A DNA stretch of 64,000 nt from Octopus sinensis (Eukaryota). Shown here piece by piece: positions 28,092 through 40,822 of this stretch. The stretch's first letter is position 1. Each line of letters opens with the position of its first letter. Below the pieces are notes generated by a model. The model searched no databases and was not told the origin of the DNA. It saw only the letters and a program-made list of their open reading frames with translations. The DNA lies in contig NC_043003.1 of the NCBI RefSeq assembly GCF_006345805.1, forward strand, positions 19,902,001 through 19,966,000, in the 5' to 3' direction. A program made the position numbers and the translations under genes.

Positions 28092-28247
28092 TAAGAAGTA
28101 GGAGCTGGTCGAAATTTTGGATAATTATTAATTATTTATTTAGCGCTTTCATCTCGTACCGGAGAATCATCAGAAACGATGATTCTCTGAAACGAGATGA
28201 AAGTGCTTAAATAATTATCCAAAATCCTGACTACCTCCTACCTCTTT
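28092..28247. repeat. Fold-back hairpin (~70-bp arms) containing a hammerhead core
   Basis: Minus strand 28173-28141: CTGATGA-T-TCTC-CGGTAC-GAGA-T-GAAA-GCGC-TA; flanked by TA runs. Confidence 0.8.
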
Positions 28248-28639
28248 ATATATATATATATATCGAGCGTTAAGCTAATACATCTGTTTGTTGTTTACAC
28301 ACCCGTCTTCGTCTTTTGTTTTGTTTTGTAAATTCCTACAATATATATATATACATGGACGCGCGCACACGTATATATGCAGATATATTTCTACAAATAC
28401 ACACGTACCTATAAGCCTATATCAACATCGCGTGCGAACGCGTTTTTGTGTAGATGTGTTGGGCGCGCGCATGTGTATTTGTGTTACTACATGCATGTGT
28501 GGTGGTGAAAATGTAATTTGCTTGCTCATCAATTTTGACATCTCAAACTCATTTCCTTTCCTATTAGAGGTTCAATTCTCACACGCAGTCGTCACGTTCT
28601 GTTTAGTTTGGATTAAATATAATTTAAATTCCATACATT

Positions 28640-28645
28640 TATATA

Positions 28646-28723
<78 letters not shown>

Positions 28724-28757
28724 GTATATATATATAATATATATATATATATACATA

Positions 28758-28797
<40 letters not shown>

Positions 28798-29710
28798 TAT
28801 GAGTATATGTATATATACGTACAAATACATATATGTATATATGTATATATACTTATATATATATATATATGCATATATATATATATATATATAAATACAA
28901 ACATTTATATATTTATATACATACATATATATATATATATACATATATATACATATACATATATCTACATACACACATATACATGTATATATGTATGTGT
29001 ATATATATATACATCTATATCTATCTATCTATCTATATATATGTATGTATATTTGTGCATATATGTATATATATATATATACATATGTATGTATATATAT
29101 ATACATATGTATGTATATATGCGCATATATGTATATACATATATATATGTATGTATGTATGTATGTATATATTTGCATATATGTATACATATATATATAT
29201 ATGTATATATGTATATATGTGCATATATGTATATATGTATGTATGTATGTATGTATATATATATATATATACACACACATACATATTATAATATATATAT
29301 TTAGTAAATTCATCTAATTCCTGCTTATGATTTTATCTCTTCATTTTATTTTACTGTTAATTCAAACCCATTAATTCGGTTCATTATTTTAATTTTTGAT
29401 CTTGCTTGCTTGCTAGATTTATTTATTGAAGAATGAAACCACCACCAACCACCACCACCACCACCGCCACCACGACCACCACGACCACCACCACGACCAC
29501 CACCACGACCACCACGACGACCACCACCACCACCACCACGACCACCACCACCACCACCACGACCACCACCACACGACCACCACGACGACGACCACCACCA
29601 CCACCACGACCACCACCACCACCACCACGACCACGACCACGACCACCACGACCACGACCACGACGACGACGACGACGACGACCACCACCACCACCACCAC
29701 CACCACCACC
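28640..29710. repeat. (TA)n/(TATG)n block followed by a (CAC/GAC)n block
   Basis: ~28640-29300 and ~29438-29710. Confidence 0.95.
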
Positions 29711-30574
29711 AAACAAGAAACAAACAGACACATGTTCTATGTTCTGTAAGCACTTCGTTTGTCTTTCGCTATTACTGTATTTCGTAATTATGTTTGCTTT
29801 TATGCTTCTTCGCTCTCCTTACTCGGATGAATTTCTTAAGGATAAACTTATTGTTGTATTTCATTTTGCTGGTCTTGTTGTTGTTTAAATTCGGATCGGA
29901 CCTGATTGGGCAGTCATTACTCTCAGGCCTCTCACGAATCTACTGACTCATGATTAAACTGTAGTTTAATCGTGGTGCGTAAGCGACCGAGAATACAACC
30001 ACCTCGCCCCCAACTGCACTGGGCATTGTAAATCCAGGGTTACATTATCCAATGTATCCTTTATTTAAACTCTTATTCAAATTGCGTATTGTGATTTGAC
30101 GGAGATTTAGCTGCTATTTCTAAAAAGTCGCATGTCCACATTTTCTATTAAAATGGAAAAGGAGTTGCACCTCATTTCATTAACACCGAAAGAGTGAAAA
30201 GCAAAGTCGATCTAAGTGGAAGATAGCTCCTAAGCAGTTCTATACTTAAGAGATGAGGAATTGTGTACATTATTTACATTCGACGGATATTTCTATTAAT
30301 ATTTCTATTAATTCATAAAATATTGACTTTTAATAAAGTCACATGAGTACTTTTTGGGGGAATGGGGTGGGGTATGGACTAGAGCATAGACGGTTGGATT
30401 GGCTCTAATATTTAACTGGTGCTTTATTTTATTAGCCCTCTCTGAAGTTTGAATGGTAAAGTCGATCATAGCGAAATTTGAACTCAGATCATTGATATAC
30501 AACTAAATAGCACAAAGCATTTTGTCGACTGCTCTACCGATTCGTCCAGTTTGCAAACCATATTAATTTCTAAT

Positions 30575-30848
30575 GGCTCTCCGTCGGTTACGACGACGAA
30601 AGTTCAGTTGATCCGATAAACGTGCAAGTGGCTGAGCACCCCACAGACACGTGTACCCTTAACGTAGTTCTCAGGGAGATTCAGCCTGACACAGAATGTG
30701 AGAAGGTTGGCCCTTTGAAATACTGAGAGGACTGGAGCGACGTGAAATAAAGTGTCTTGCTCAAGGACACAAAGCGTCGCTGGGAGTTGAACTCACGACC
30801 TTACGATCGTGAGCCGAATACCCTAACCACGAAGCCACGGACCTTCAC
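30575..30848 (-). mobile_element. SINE head C with tail 4
   Basis: Minus strand GTGGTTAGGG..GTGAGTTCAACTCCC..CTTGAGCAAGACACTTTATTTCACG. Confidence 0.75.
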
Positions 30849-31178
30849 ATATGAATAGAAAATAAAGCGGTGAGCTGGCAGAATAGTTATCATACCAGGC
30901 AAAATGCTAAGCGTCGTTACGTTCTGAGTTCAAATTCCGTCGAGGTAGAGTTTGCCTTTTATCCTTTGGGGGTCGATAAAATAAGTACCATTTGAACACT
31001 GGGGTCGATATAATCGACGTAGCCCCTCCCCCGAAATAGCTGACCTTGTGCCAAAATTTGAAACCGATATAATCAAACATTTAGGAGGATGATGAAATCA
31101 ATAAAGCACTAAGAGTTGTTGTTGAGCAGTTAGTGACTAAAGAGTCGAGTATTTCGTGCATTGATTGTTACTAAAATT

Positions 31179-31413
31179 AAGGCGGCGAGCTGGCAGAAAC
31201 GTTAGCACGCCGGGCGAAATGCGTAGCCGTATTTCGTCTGCCGTTACGTTCTGAGTTCAAATTCCGCCGAGGTCGACTTTGCCTTTCATCCTTTCGGGGT
31301 CGATAAATTAAGTACAATTTACGCACTGGGGTCGACATGATCGACTTAATCCGTTTGTCTGTCCTTGTTTGTCCCCTCTGTGTTTAGCCCCTTGTGGGTA
31401 GTAAAGAAATAGG
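31179..31413 (+). mobile_element. Full-length, young SINE family B monomer (tail c), 14-bp TSD
   Basis: TSD TTGTTACTAAAATT at 31165-31178 and 31414-31427. Confidence 0.93.
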
Positions 31414-32619
31414 TTGTTACTAAAATTGTTCTACAATAATAATTATAATAATAATCCTTTCTATTATAGGCAAAAGGCCTGAAATTTTGGGGGAGGGGAC
31501 TAGTCAATTATATCGACCCCCTCCCAGTGTTTCACTGGTACTTAATTTATTGACCCTAAAAGGATGAAAAGCAAAACCGACCTCGGCGGAAAAGCAAAAA
31601 TCGACCTCAGAACGTAGCGACAGGCGAAATATCGCTAAGCACTTCGTCCAGTGCCTTAACGATTCTGCAAGCTCGCCGCCTTACAGTGATAATAATTATA
31701 ATAATAATAATAATAATAATGATAATAGCCGTAGTCGTCGTCATCATCATCATCATCATCATCATCAGCATCATCATCAGCATCATCATCACCACCACCA
31801 TTACCAGCAGCATCAGCATCAGCAGCACCAGCACCACAACCACTGCCCTTCAGTGACTAAAGGGTTGAGAATTAGTGCATTAGCAGTTAGTTAATAAAAT
31901 TGTTCTGCAAACAAAATTATCATCATCATCGTCGTAGTCCCATGGTCCTCCTCCCCTCCTCTCCTCCTCCTGCTCCTGCTCCTCCTCCTCCTCATCCTCA
32001 TCATCATCACCCCCACTACTACCATCATCATTACTACTACCACCTCCCTACTGCCGCCGTCGTCATCCTCCTCATCATTATCATCCTCATCATTATGGAG
32101 GAAGACACAGTTTTTGGTTTAATCTGTTACGGGTTAAATAAATATGTGTAAAGTTCTTGACCTGCTTAACTGAATACACTTATTTTAAAGCAATTAATAA
32201 TTTTGTTTGGCAAACTGATTTTGGTAGAGTATACGCTTTTCTCTCTTTGTCGCCCTACTCACCAAGTGAATAAAAAAAAACACCAAATGGAAAGATGTGA
32301 GAAAACTGAAATTGATAGAGTACAATCGAGAAAAAATACATCCTCCTCATCATTATCATCCTCATCATTAAATACGCAATAAGGCAACGAGGTGATAGAG
32401 CTGTTAGCGAGTCGGATGAAAATGCTAAGGGACTATCTTCCGCTTAGATCGACTTTGCTTTTCATCCTTTCGGTGTTGATAAAATAAGGCGTAACTCCTT
32501 TTCGATGCTGTGATTGGTTGTTTTTAGAATGCATTTTAGTTTACGTGTGGGAGGACAGATCTCGTTGGTTTGAACATAAAACAGGTAACATATTTGGGCT
32601 GGATATGATCGATTTTAAT

Positions 32620-32966
32620 ACGCATGGCTCAGTGGTTAGAGCGTCGAGTATACGATCGTGAGGTTGTGAGTTCGAATCCCGGACTGGGCTGCGTGTTGTG
32701 TTCTTGAGCAAGACACTTTATTTCACATTGCTCCAGTTCACTCAGCTGTAGAAATGAGTTGCGACGTCACAGGTGCCAAGCTGTATCGGCTCCTTTGCCT
32801 TTCCCTTGGATAACACTGGTGGCGTGGAGAGGGAAGGCCAGTATGCATGGGCGACTGATGGTCTTCCATAAACAACCTTGCCCAGACTTGTGCCTCAGAC
32901 TTGTGCTTGGGAGGGTAACTTTCTAGCTGCTATTCCATGGTCAGTCATGACCGAAGGAGGTCTCTC
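32620..32966 (+). mobile_element. SINE head C with tail 3
   Basis: TGGCTCAGTGG A box, GTTCGAATCC B box, CTTGAGCAAGACACTTTATTTCAC. Confidence 0.85.
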
Positions 32967-33271
32967 AATGCCGACGGGTTAAAACTGCTGGCCTTGTGCA
33001 AAAATTTAGAACGATTCGAAACCATAGAATACTAAATATTGAAAACAAAGAAATAAAACTCCATATTTTAGTTTAGGTGTGAGAGACCAGAACTGGCTGG
33101 TTTGAATATAAAACAGGTAAAATATTTGGGCTGGATATGGTCGACTTAACGGGTTAAAATTGCTGGCCTTGTGCAAAAATTCAGAACCATTCGAAACCAT
33201 AAAATACTAAATATTGAAAGTAAAGAAATAAAATTTCCATAGATATTTTTAATCCTTTCATATGTTAAATA

Positions 33272-33660
33272 CGAGCAAAATGCCCCCCCGCCCGCCTCCA
33301 ATGGACGGTGCTGAGTTGTCAAACATTTAAATCAAATTTTCTCAAAACAATTTGTCCGACCATCCCATAGGCCTCTCCTTTGAGAAACACTGATTGAACC
33401 TAAATTTGAGACACCATCAAAAGAAGAAATAAAAATAGATTTTTTTCTATTCCAAGGAAAACGATTTTACAAATGCACGTTTCCACGGCTTTATCGATCG
33501 CATTCTCACTTGGAATCAATTTTTGTAATTTTTTCAAGGCTTATACACGCCCTGATACCGTCGGTATCTACATATCAAATTTGAGCGCAATCTGATGGAG
33601 GATACCTGAGATCTTAGAAGACATACACACAGATAGACAGAACGGATTTTATATAATAGA
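33272..33660 (-). mobile_element. Older non-autonomous Helitron
   Basis: Minus-strand 5' end TCTATTATATAAAATCC..CTGTCT; degenerate GC hairpin and CTCG (for CTAG) near 33272-33307. Confidence 0.55.
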
Positions 33661-34056
33661 CTAGCAGTATCGCCCGGCGTTGTTCGGGTTTGTAAGGGAA
33701 ATAACTATATAAGCATTTTTAGAGAGTTATAGCCAAAAAATAGCAAAAAATGCATTAAAAATGGAAAAAAATGATGGTAAATTTTTTTTTAAATCGTTGA
33801 CTCATCGTAGACATTTTTAGAGAGTTACTTCCCTTATATAATAGCGAAAAAATGCATTAAAATGGAAAAAAATGATGGCAAATTTTTTTTTAAATCGTAG
33901 ACTCATCGTAGACGCGCGCTAATACCCAGAAAGGCTCGATATGAATCACGACTATAAGATACCCGGTTTTGGTTAAACTGCACCGCAAAATGTGGGAGTA
34001 GTTAGGAATCTAAATCGTAGGAGACAGACACACAACTTCTCTTTTATATTTAAAGA
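33661..34056 (-). mobile_element. Non-autonomous Helitron
   Basis: Minus strand A|TC...CCCGAACAACGCCGGG hairpin...CTAG|T; no TSD; internal ~100-bp tandem repeat at 33714-33912. Confidence 0.88.
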
Positions 34057-34681
34057 TTTGGTCGAATTTGCCATTTTAAGACTCGTCTCGTTTGTCACAT
34101 AAGTTTACATGAAACAAAACAAAGCAATAAGAAATCATAACCTCTGGAGAGAACATGAATTATTATGTAGCGAGCGATGAGTCTCTGTTGGTGGCCTGCA
34201 TACGATACCAATTGCAATGATGTTGCATTGCATTTAATTGAAAAGATACAGGTGTGATAAAATTTGTAAATCATCAGGTGGGTTAAAGATACATCTATTT
34301 GTTACTCATTAAAACAGAATGGTCATACTCATTAATACTGTACCGACAGCACACACATACGCTGGCACATATACACGCACGCACACACACTTACGCTCGC
34401 GCCTGCGCACAGGCAACCAGGTTCGCAAACGTATGCGAGCAAAATAAACATCAGACATGTTTTTTCCTGTAGCAGAAACTGCAGGAGCTGCTTAATGATA
34501 TTGCAAGCTTTTCTCTTAATGGCGACTAAAGCAAACTTCTATACCTTTTAGCAGATATCTTGGTGTTACAAGTGTTTTGCTCCTTCACCCGAGTTGGGTA
34601 AAGAGAACCAAGTTAATCTTCACCAACAGAAGCGTTTTATCAGCTCTCTCTCCTCCTCCTCTCTATCTCTATGTATGTGTG

Positions 34682-34769
<88 letters not shown>

Positions 34770-34787
34770 ATCTATCTATATGTATGC

Positions 34788-34866
<79 letters not shown>

Positions 34867-35205
34867 AATTGAAAGGTATAGTGAATAAACGCTCTAATTG
34901 GTCAAACCAACTTTATAACATTCCAATATTATCATAAATCGAACATAAATATATATTAGAACAACAGGGCATCAAATGGTAAAAGCCAATTGTATAAAAT
35001 ATACACATATGTACGAATAAAAGGTGATAAACCGAAAAGAGTAACACGAGTGAAGTCGAATGACGGAAAATATATGCAATAAATTGATGAATGATAAAAG
35101 CGACTAAAAATTTAAGGCAATGAAACTAAAATAATATAAAAATATAAGTATAAATATGAAAATAAAGGGCAAAGTGGTAACTAGAAAAGAGTCCATTCAA
35201 ATCCA

Positions 35206-35298
35206 TCTCTACGATCGTTTCAAAAGATATTGCCTCATTTCGTCAATGTAATATCCATTAAAGAAATCCAAAGGCAATGAGCTTTTCTTCAGGAGAAA
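35206..35298 (-). ncRNA. Degenerate type I hammerhead with extended stem II
   Basis: TTTCTC-CTGAAGA-AAAG..ATTGCCT...AGGCAAT..CTTTT-GAAA-CG-ATC-GTAGAGA. Confidence 0.6.
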
Positions 35299-35420
35299 AT
35301 TAAACAAGTCTCACATTTCTGGTTGTCAGTGTTGGCTGAACACTTCCATCTGCAGTCCTATTTTACTTCTTTGGTTTAACGAAATTACATTTCGGTTGAA
35401 CGAAATGATAAAATTATCCT

Positions 35421-35557
35421 CAGGCATGGCTGTATGGTTAGTAGCTTGCTTACCAACCAACTGCGTGGCACCTTGGGCAAGTGTCTTCTATTATAGCCTC
35501 GGGCCGACCAAAGCCTTTTGAGTGGATTTGGTAGACGGAAACTGAAAGAAACCCATC

Positions 35558-35598
<41 letters not shown>

Positions 35599-35810
35599 CG
35601 TGTGTGTTTGTGTGTCTGTGTTTGTTCCCCCAACATCGCTTGACAACCGATGTTGGTGTGTTTACGTCTCCGTAACTTAGCGGTTCGGCAAAAGAGACCG
35701 ATAGAATAATTCCTAAGCTTACAAAGAATAAGTTCTGGGGGTCGATTTGCTCGACTAAAGGCAGTGCTCCAGCATGGCCGCAGTCAAATGACTGAAACAA
35801 GTAAAAGAGT
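35421..35810 (+). mobile_element. SINE family D
   Basis: Head, internal (TA)n(TG)n, tail GACTGAAACAAGTAAAAGAG. Confidence 0.88.
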
Positions 35811-35823
35811 ATATATATATGTA

Positions 35824-35862
<39 letters not shown>

Positions 35863-36982
35863 CAGTGACTACTGTTTTGTTCCATTGCATCCGATAGAGT
35901 CTGATTACAGAAAGATTTGGATGCTATATTCAACCCATCGAACGACCGCGGAGATAACCTCCCGTTAGTTCGAGACACTTCATGATTGTGCGTAGCATAG
36001 GCATAAAGAACTCCAATAAAATTACCAAGTGTCGTAGTCTCTTAATTATATCACCCGCAAACGAAGGATCAGTTATTGCTAAAGGCCATGGCATTCTTCC
36101 TCCTTATTAAATAATATAAAAAACAACATCTGACATTAAATAACTGATTTACCTGATGATACAGTAATGTAACCTAGAAACGTAAGTAATATAAACCTAG
36201 GAGAAGATCAATAAAAACAAAATCAATAGGCTAATAAAATACCTTGAAATGAAATTAAAATATAAATAACGAAGTCCGAACAAAGACATATTTTTAATTA
36301 AATATATATATTTAAATGAAAGAGCCGTCTTTTCTATGTAATATACACGTCTCTGTGCATGTGATATTAAAACATACCGTGATTTTAATAAAAGTTTCTT
36401 TAAATTTTCGATATTAGTGTTTTTATTGTAACACAGAAAATGTTTTGATTTATAGTTTACTATAGACATTTTTAGTGAATGGTTCTTTTTCTTTCGGTCT
36501 GTCCTAACAGTAAACTAATTCTGGATTAATGACTAACAAACACAGGAAACAGTTATATAAGTTAAAAATCTAAATATATTATTTTTAAAAACAAATACTT
36601 TTTAAAACTAATCTGAATAGATTTGCAGAAATGAAAGAGTGATGGATGAGATGTGCGTAGCGCTCTTTGGATGGCCGTTAATACAAAGGGAGGTAGCTTT
36701 GTAAATGTTTCACTCTAGGGGTCCCAAATGCCGGTCGGACCGCTGATCATTTGGACTCGGGCCGCACAGAAAGAATAAATTCTTAAATTTGATATCTACT
36801 TCATTGACTATCGAGATGCAGGCGTAGCTGTGTGGCAAGAAGTTTGCTTCCCATCCACATGGCTTCAGGTTCAATTCACTGCGTCACACCTTGGACAAGT
36901 GTCTACTACTATAGTTTTGAGCCGATCAAAGTCTTGTGAGGGGATTTGGTAAACGGAAACTGAAACCAGCTTGCCGTACATA

Positions 36983-37556
36983 TCAGGTCGTCCCATAAGT
37001 TCTGTCCGAATTTTGAATAAAGAAAACAAGTCTTCAAATGTTATATTTAATTGAAATTTAATCATCAATGTACTTTCCCTGATTATCTAAGACTCTCTTC
37101 CATCTATTTACAAGCTTTTTAATCCAATCAATGTAAAACTCTTATGGTTTCGAAGAGAACTCTGAAATGGCAGTTTCGACCTCCTCCTGGCTTACGAAAG
37201 TTATGTCCCCCAAATGATTCTGTAAACTACGAAACAAATGCTAGTCTGAAGGGGCAAGGTCGGGAGAATAAGGTGGATGAGGAATTTTTTCCCAACGAAG
37301 CTCTTCGATCTTCTGTGATGTGATCTTTGCAGTGTGGGGTCGCGCATTGTCCTGATTAAACACCACTCCTTTTCAATTCACTAAAGCGGGTCTTTTATTC
37401 TTCAAAGCTTGGTTTAAACGCTCTAATTGCTGACAGTAGACTTGAGCATTGATTGTTGCATCAGGTGGTAACAATTGAAAGTGAATTACTCCTTTGCAAT
37501 CCCACCAGATTGAGAGAAGAAACTTTTCCGCATGAAGTTCCCTTCTCGGTTGTGGT
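36983..37556 (-). mobile_element. mariner 3' half (part of an inverted duplication)
   Basis: TIR TCAGGTCGTCCCATAAGTTCTGTCCGA preceded by TA; LSIWWDCKGVIHFQLLP..YCQQLERL. Confidence 0.9.
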
Positions 37557-38387
37557 ACACTCTTAGTACATATTGTTAGTACACCCTTAGTACACACGCA
37601 TACACACACATACTCACACACACACACGCACACACACATATGTATACGATGGGTTTCTTTCAATTTTCGTTTATCAAATTCGCTCACAAGGCATTAAATC
37701 AATCCGCGACTATGTATGTATATGTATATATTATATAAACATACTCTGGTACTTACATGTATAATATATGTATATCACACACATACACACACACACATGC
37801 ACACGCTCAGACGCACACGCACACGCTCACACATACACACACACATAAACACGCGAACACACATGTATAACAACAGTGGGGCGACTGAGGGTTTCGCAGA
37901 TGTTTACAACTATTCATGTTTATATTTGAAAGCTGATTCCGTTATAAACATTTCATCAAATGTTCATCGTAACGACACAAACTTCCAAACAGACATGAAA
38001 AATTGTTCTGATAAACGATGCTGCCAAAATCAGTGTAGGTAACTGAGAAAACCCTTGTTCTTCGTGGATTGGTTTATTGGCTGAATGGCTTCAGCGTTGT
38101 AAGATATGCCTTGAGTCAGTGTTCTGAATTTTTACCTAACACTTTTATCCTTTCGAGGGTCGATGAAATACAGATACCAGTTTAGTACTGTGTTCAATTT
38201 AATGGACTTAAACCTCCCATTAGTTATTTGGTTTTGTGTCCTACAGAAAGAAAAAAAAACCCAAACATGTATGTGCGTGTGTAATGATATGAATATATTT
38301 AAAACACCTTTAAGCAATACAGGAGAATATTGAAGTGATTAAAATAAAAATAACAAGGAACATTTGATCTAACACCTCTATTATATG

Positions 38388-38432
<45 letters not shown>

Positions 38433-38433
<1 letters not shown>

Positions 38434-39346
38434 CAGATCATCCCATCTGTTCTGTCCGATTTTACCTTTTTTAAAATTGAATGAAATATGAAATTTAATA
38501 GTATTTTAGAATGTCTAATGGAATTAAAAACTATTTTTATGCACTTGTGTACATCTAAACTAATTAAATATTATTTTACAGAATAATAGAATTAAAATTT
38601 CTTTGATTAAAACACTTTCTAATATGGAAGTATCCAAAGAGCATTTGAGGCATACAATGCTTTATGAGTACATAAAAGGAAACTCTGCAGCCGAAGTGAC
38701 TCGAAACATGCACTCAGTTTATGGGAAAGAATTCTTGAATGAAAGAACTTGCAGTGGCTTGGTAAAAAGGAAAAAGCTCAACTACAACCGAGAAGGGAAA
38801 AAAGTTATTCTCTCTATCTGGTGGGATTACAAAGGAGTAATTCACTTTGAATTGTTACCACCTTATGCAACAATCAATGCTCAAGTCTATTGTCAGCAAT
38901 TAGAGCGTTTAAACCAAGCTTTGAAGAATAAAAGACCCGCTTTAGTGAATTGAAAAGGAATGATGTTTCATCAGGACAATGCGCGACCCCACACTGCAAA
39001 GATCACATCACCGAAGGTCGAAGAGCTTCGTTGGGAAAAAATTCCCCATCCACCTTATTCTCCCTACCTTGCACCTTCAGACTACCATTTGTTTCGTAGT
39101 TTACAGAATCATTTGGGAGACATAACTTTCGCAAGCCAGGAGGAGGTAGAAACTGCCATTTCAGAGTTCTTTCCTTTGAACCCAAAAGAGTTTTACATTG
39201 ATGGGATTAAAAAGCTTGTAAATAGATGGAAGGAAGTCATAGATAATCAGAGAAAGTACATTGATGATTAAATATCAATTAAATATAACATTTGATCGCT
39301 TGTTTTCGCTATTCAAAATTCGGACAGAACTTATGGGACGACCTGA
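38433..39346 (+). mobile_element. Internally deleted mariner with a transposase pseudogene
   Basis: TA-flanked TIRs; MEVSKEHLRH.., WWDYKGVIHFELL, HQDNARPH, HPPYSPYLAPSDYHLF; in-frame TGA at 38951-38953. Confidence 0.93.
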
Positions 39347-39629
39347 TATGTGCGGCAAGCTGGTTTCAGTTTCCGTTTACCAAATCCCCTCACAAGGCTT
39401 TCATCGGCCCAAAGCTATAATAGTAGACATTTGCCCAAGGTGTCACGCAGTGGATTGAACCTGAAGCCATGTGGATGGGAAGCAAACTTCTTGCCACACA
39501 GCTACGCCTGCATCTCGATAGTCAATGAAGTAGATATCAAATTTAAGAATTTATTCTTTATGTGCGGTCCGATACCAAATGATCTGTGGTCCGACAGTTG
39601 GGGACCCCAAGAGTGAAACATTTACAAAG

Positions 39630-39725
39630 GGAAAGTACATTGATGACTAAATATCAATTAAATATAACATTTCATCCTTTGTTTTCTTTATTCAAATTTC
39701 GGACAGAACTTATGGGATGACCTGA
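39630..39725 (+). mobile_element. Third copy of the mariner right end
   Basis: GGAAAGTACATTGATGACTAA...TCGGACAGAACTTATGGGATGACCTGA followed by TA. Confidence 0.9.
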
Positions 39726-39729
39726 TAGA

Positions 39730-40302
39730 TATGACTTGTCCAGGCCATGTCTAACTTTATAATCACCACCTGATAGAATTTGCCAAATTCTTTTAAAACC
39801 AAGTTTTGTGGTATCATGGCCCATTCGAGTAGGGAGTTCTTGTTGAGTGAGTTGTATTCTGGTATAGGTGGCTTATCTGGTATCACTTGAAGAAATTTGT
39901 CCAGATTCCGTTTAAAGAAGATGGGACCCCTTTCCTCTTTGATCTGTTTTAGGACAATGTTAAATAGGGCAGGGCCTGTTGAGGAAAAGAAATTGTGTTG
40001 CAGGGTATTTATGTGTTGTGATCCTGAATTGGGTAGGGGACGCATGGCCCGTGGTCCTAGCCTTGGATGAATTCTGAAACTAATGTTTGGGCAATGCTGG
40101 TGGTATATTCTCCACATCGTGCAAATGATGTATCGCTCACGGCGGCGCTGGAGTCAATCAAGTTTTAATGCTTTAAGGCGGTCCCAATAATTGAGATCAG
40201 TCATGCCCTTAATTCTTTTCGTGAATGCCTTCTGGGGTGATTCAATTTGCGAAATGTTTTGTTTTGCGTAGGGAGACCACATGGGGCAGTAGTATTCGAG
40301 TC
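39730..40302 (-). mobile_element. CR1-type LINE 3' fragment
   Basis: LEYYCPMWSP..IESPQKAFTKRI..NYWDRLKAL; QRRRERY; GPALFN; FKRNLDKFL..IPDKP. Confidence 0.85.
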
Positions 40303-40303
40303 A

Positions 40304-40334
<31 letters not shown>

Positions 40335-40455
40335 ATAGAGGGCATTAATACACATAAATGCCTCACACTAAGAGGGACAAAGTCATTACTACCAAAATTA
40401 CACTAATCATACCTAAATGCAGTTCTTCAAAGCAAGACATTTAAAAAATGAATTT

Positions 40456-40513
40456 AGTTCTGTATCACCGTGATTTCACATTTAAATTACGTCTTATGAT
40501 CCTCAGCAGAACT
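40456..40513 (-). ncRNA. Type I hammerhead ribozyme (complete core)
   Basis: AGTTCTG-CTGAGGA-TCAT..ATGT-GAAA-TCA-CGG-TGAT-A^-CAGAACT: perfect 7-bp stem I, 4-bp stem III, AUA triplet; weak stem II. Confidence 0.75.
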
Positions 40514-40674
40514 GATTCTGAACACATCATAAATAAACCACCAACCTTACCTAGCGAAGACGAACAGACATCTATTCACTCCGGCCAAGCACATGGAATG
40601 TTTATAAATCATATATTCGGTAAATGGCGGGCTTTTTCGAACTGCATGTCGGATAGGAAAAGTATTTCGGAATA

Positions 40675-40783
40675 AATTTAACAATTAAGGATAACTTCTT
40701 AATAAGGGATCTTAACAAGAAATTATCAGGTAGTTGATAATTTCTTGTTAAGATCCCTTATTAAGAAGTTATCCTTAATTGTT

Positions 40784-40788
<5 letters not shown>
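40675..40788. repeat. Perfect 54-bp-arm inverted repeat with a 6-nt loop
   Basis: 40675-40728 is the exact reverse complement of 40735-40788; loop GGTAGT; runs into (TA)n. Confidence 0.95.

Positions 40789-40822
<34 letters not shown>

Noticed and set aside
28572-29888. YI-, poly-V/T/H and Pro/Gly-rich ORFs (also 45233-45692, 55598-57517 and 60721-62878)
   Set aside because: Simple-repeat translations
38603-39271. Active or domesticated transposase gene
   Set aside because: Large internal deletion removing the WVPHEL region and first catalytic Asp, plus an in-frame stop
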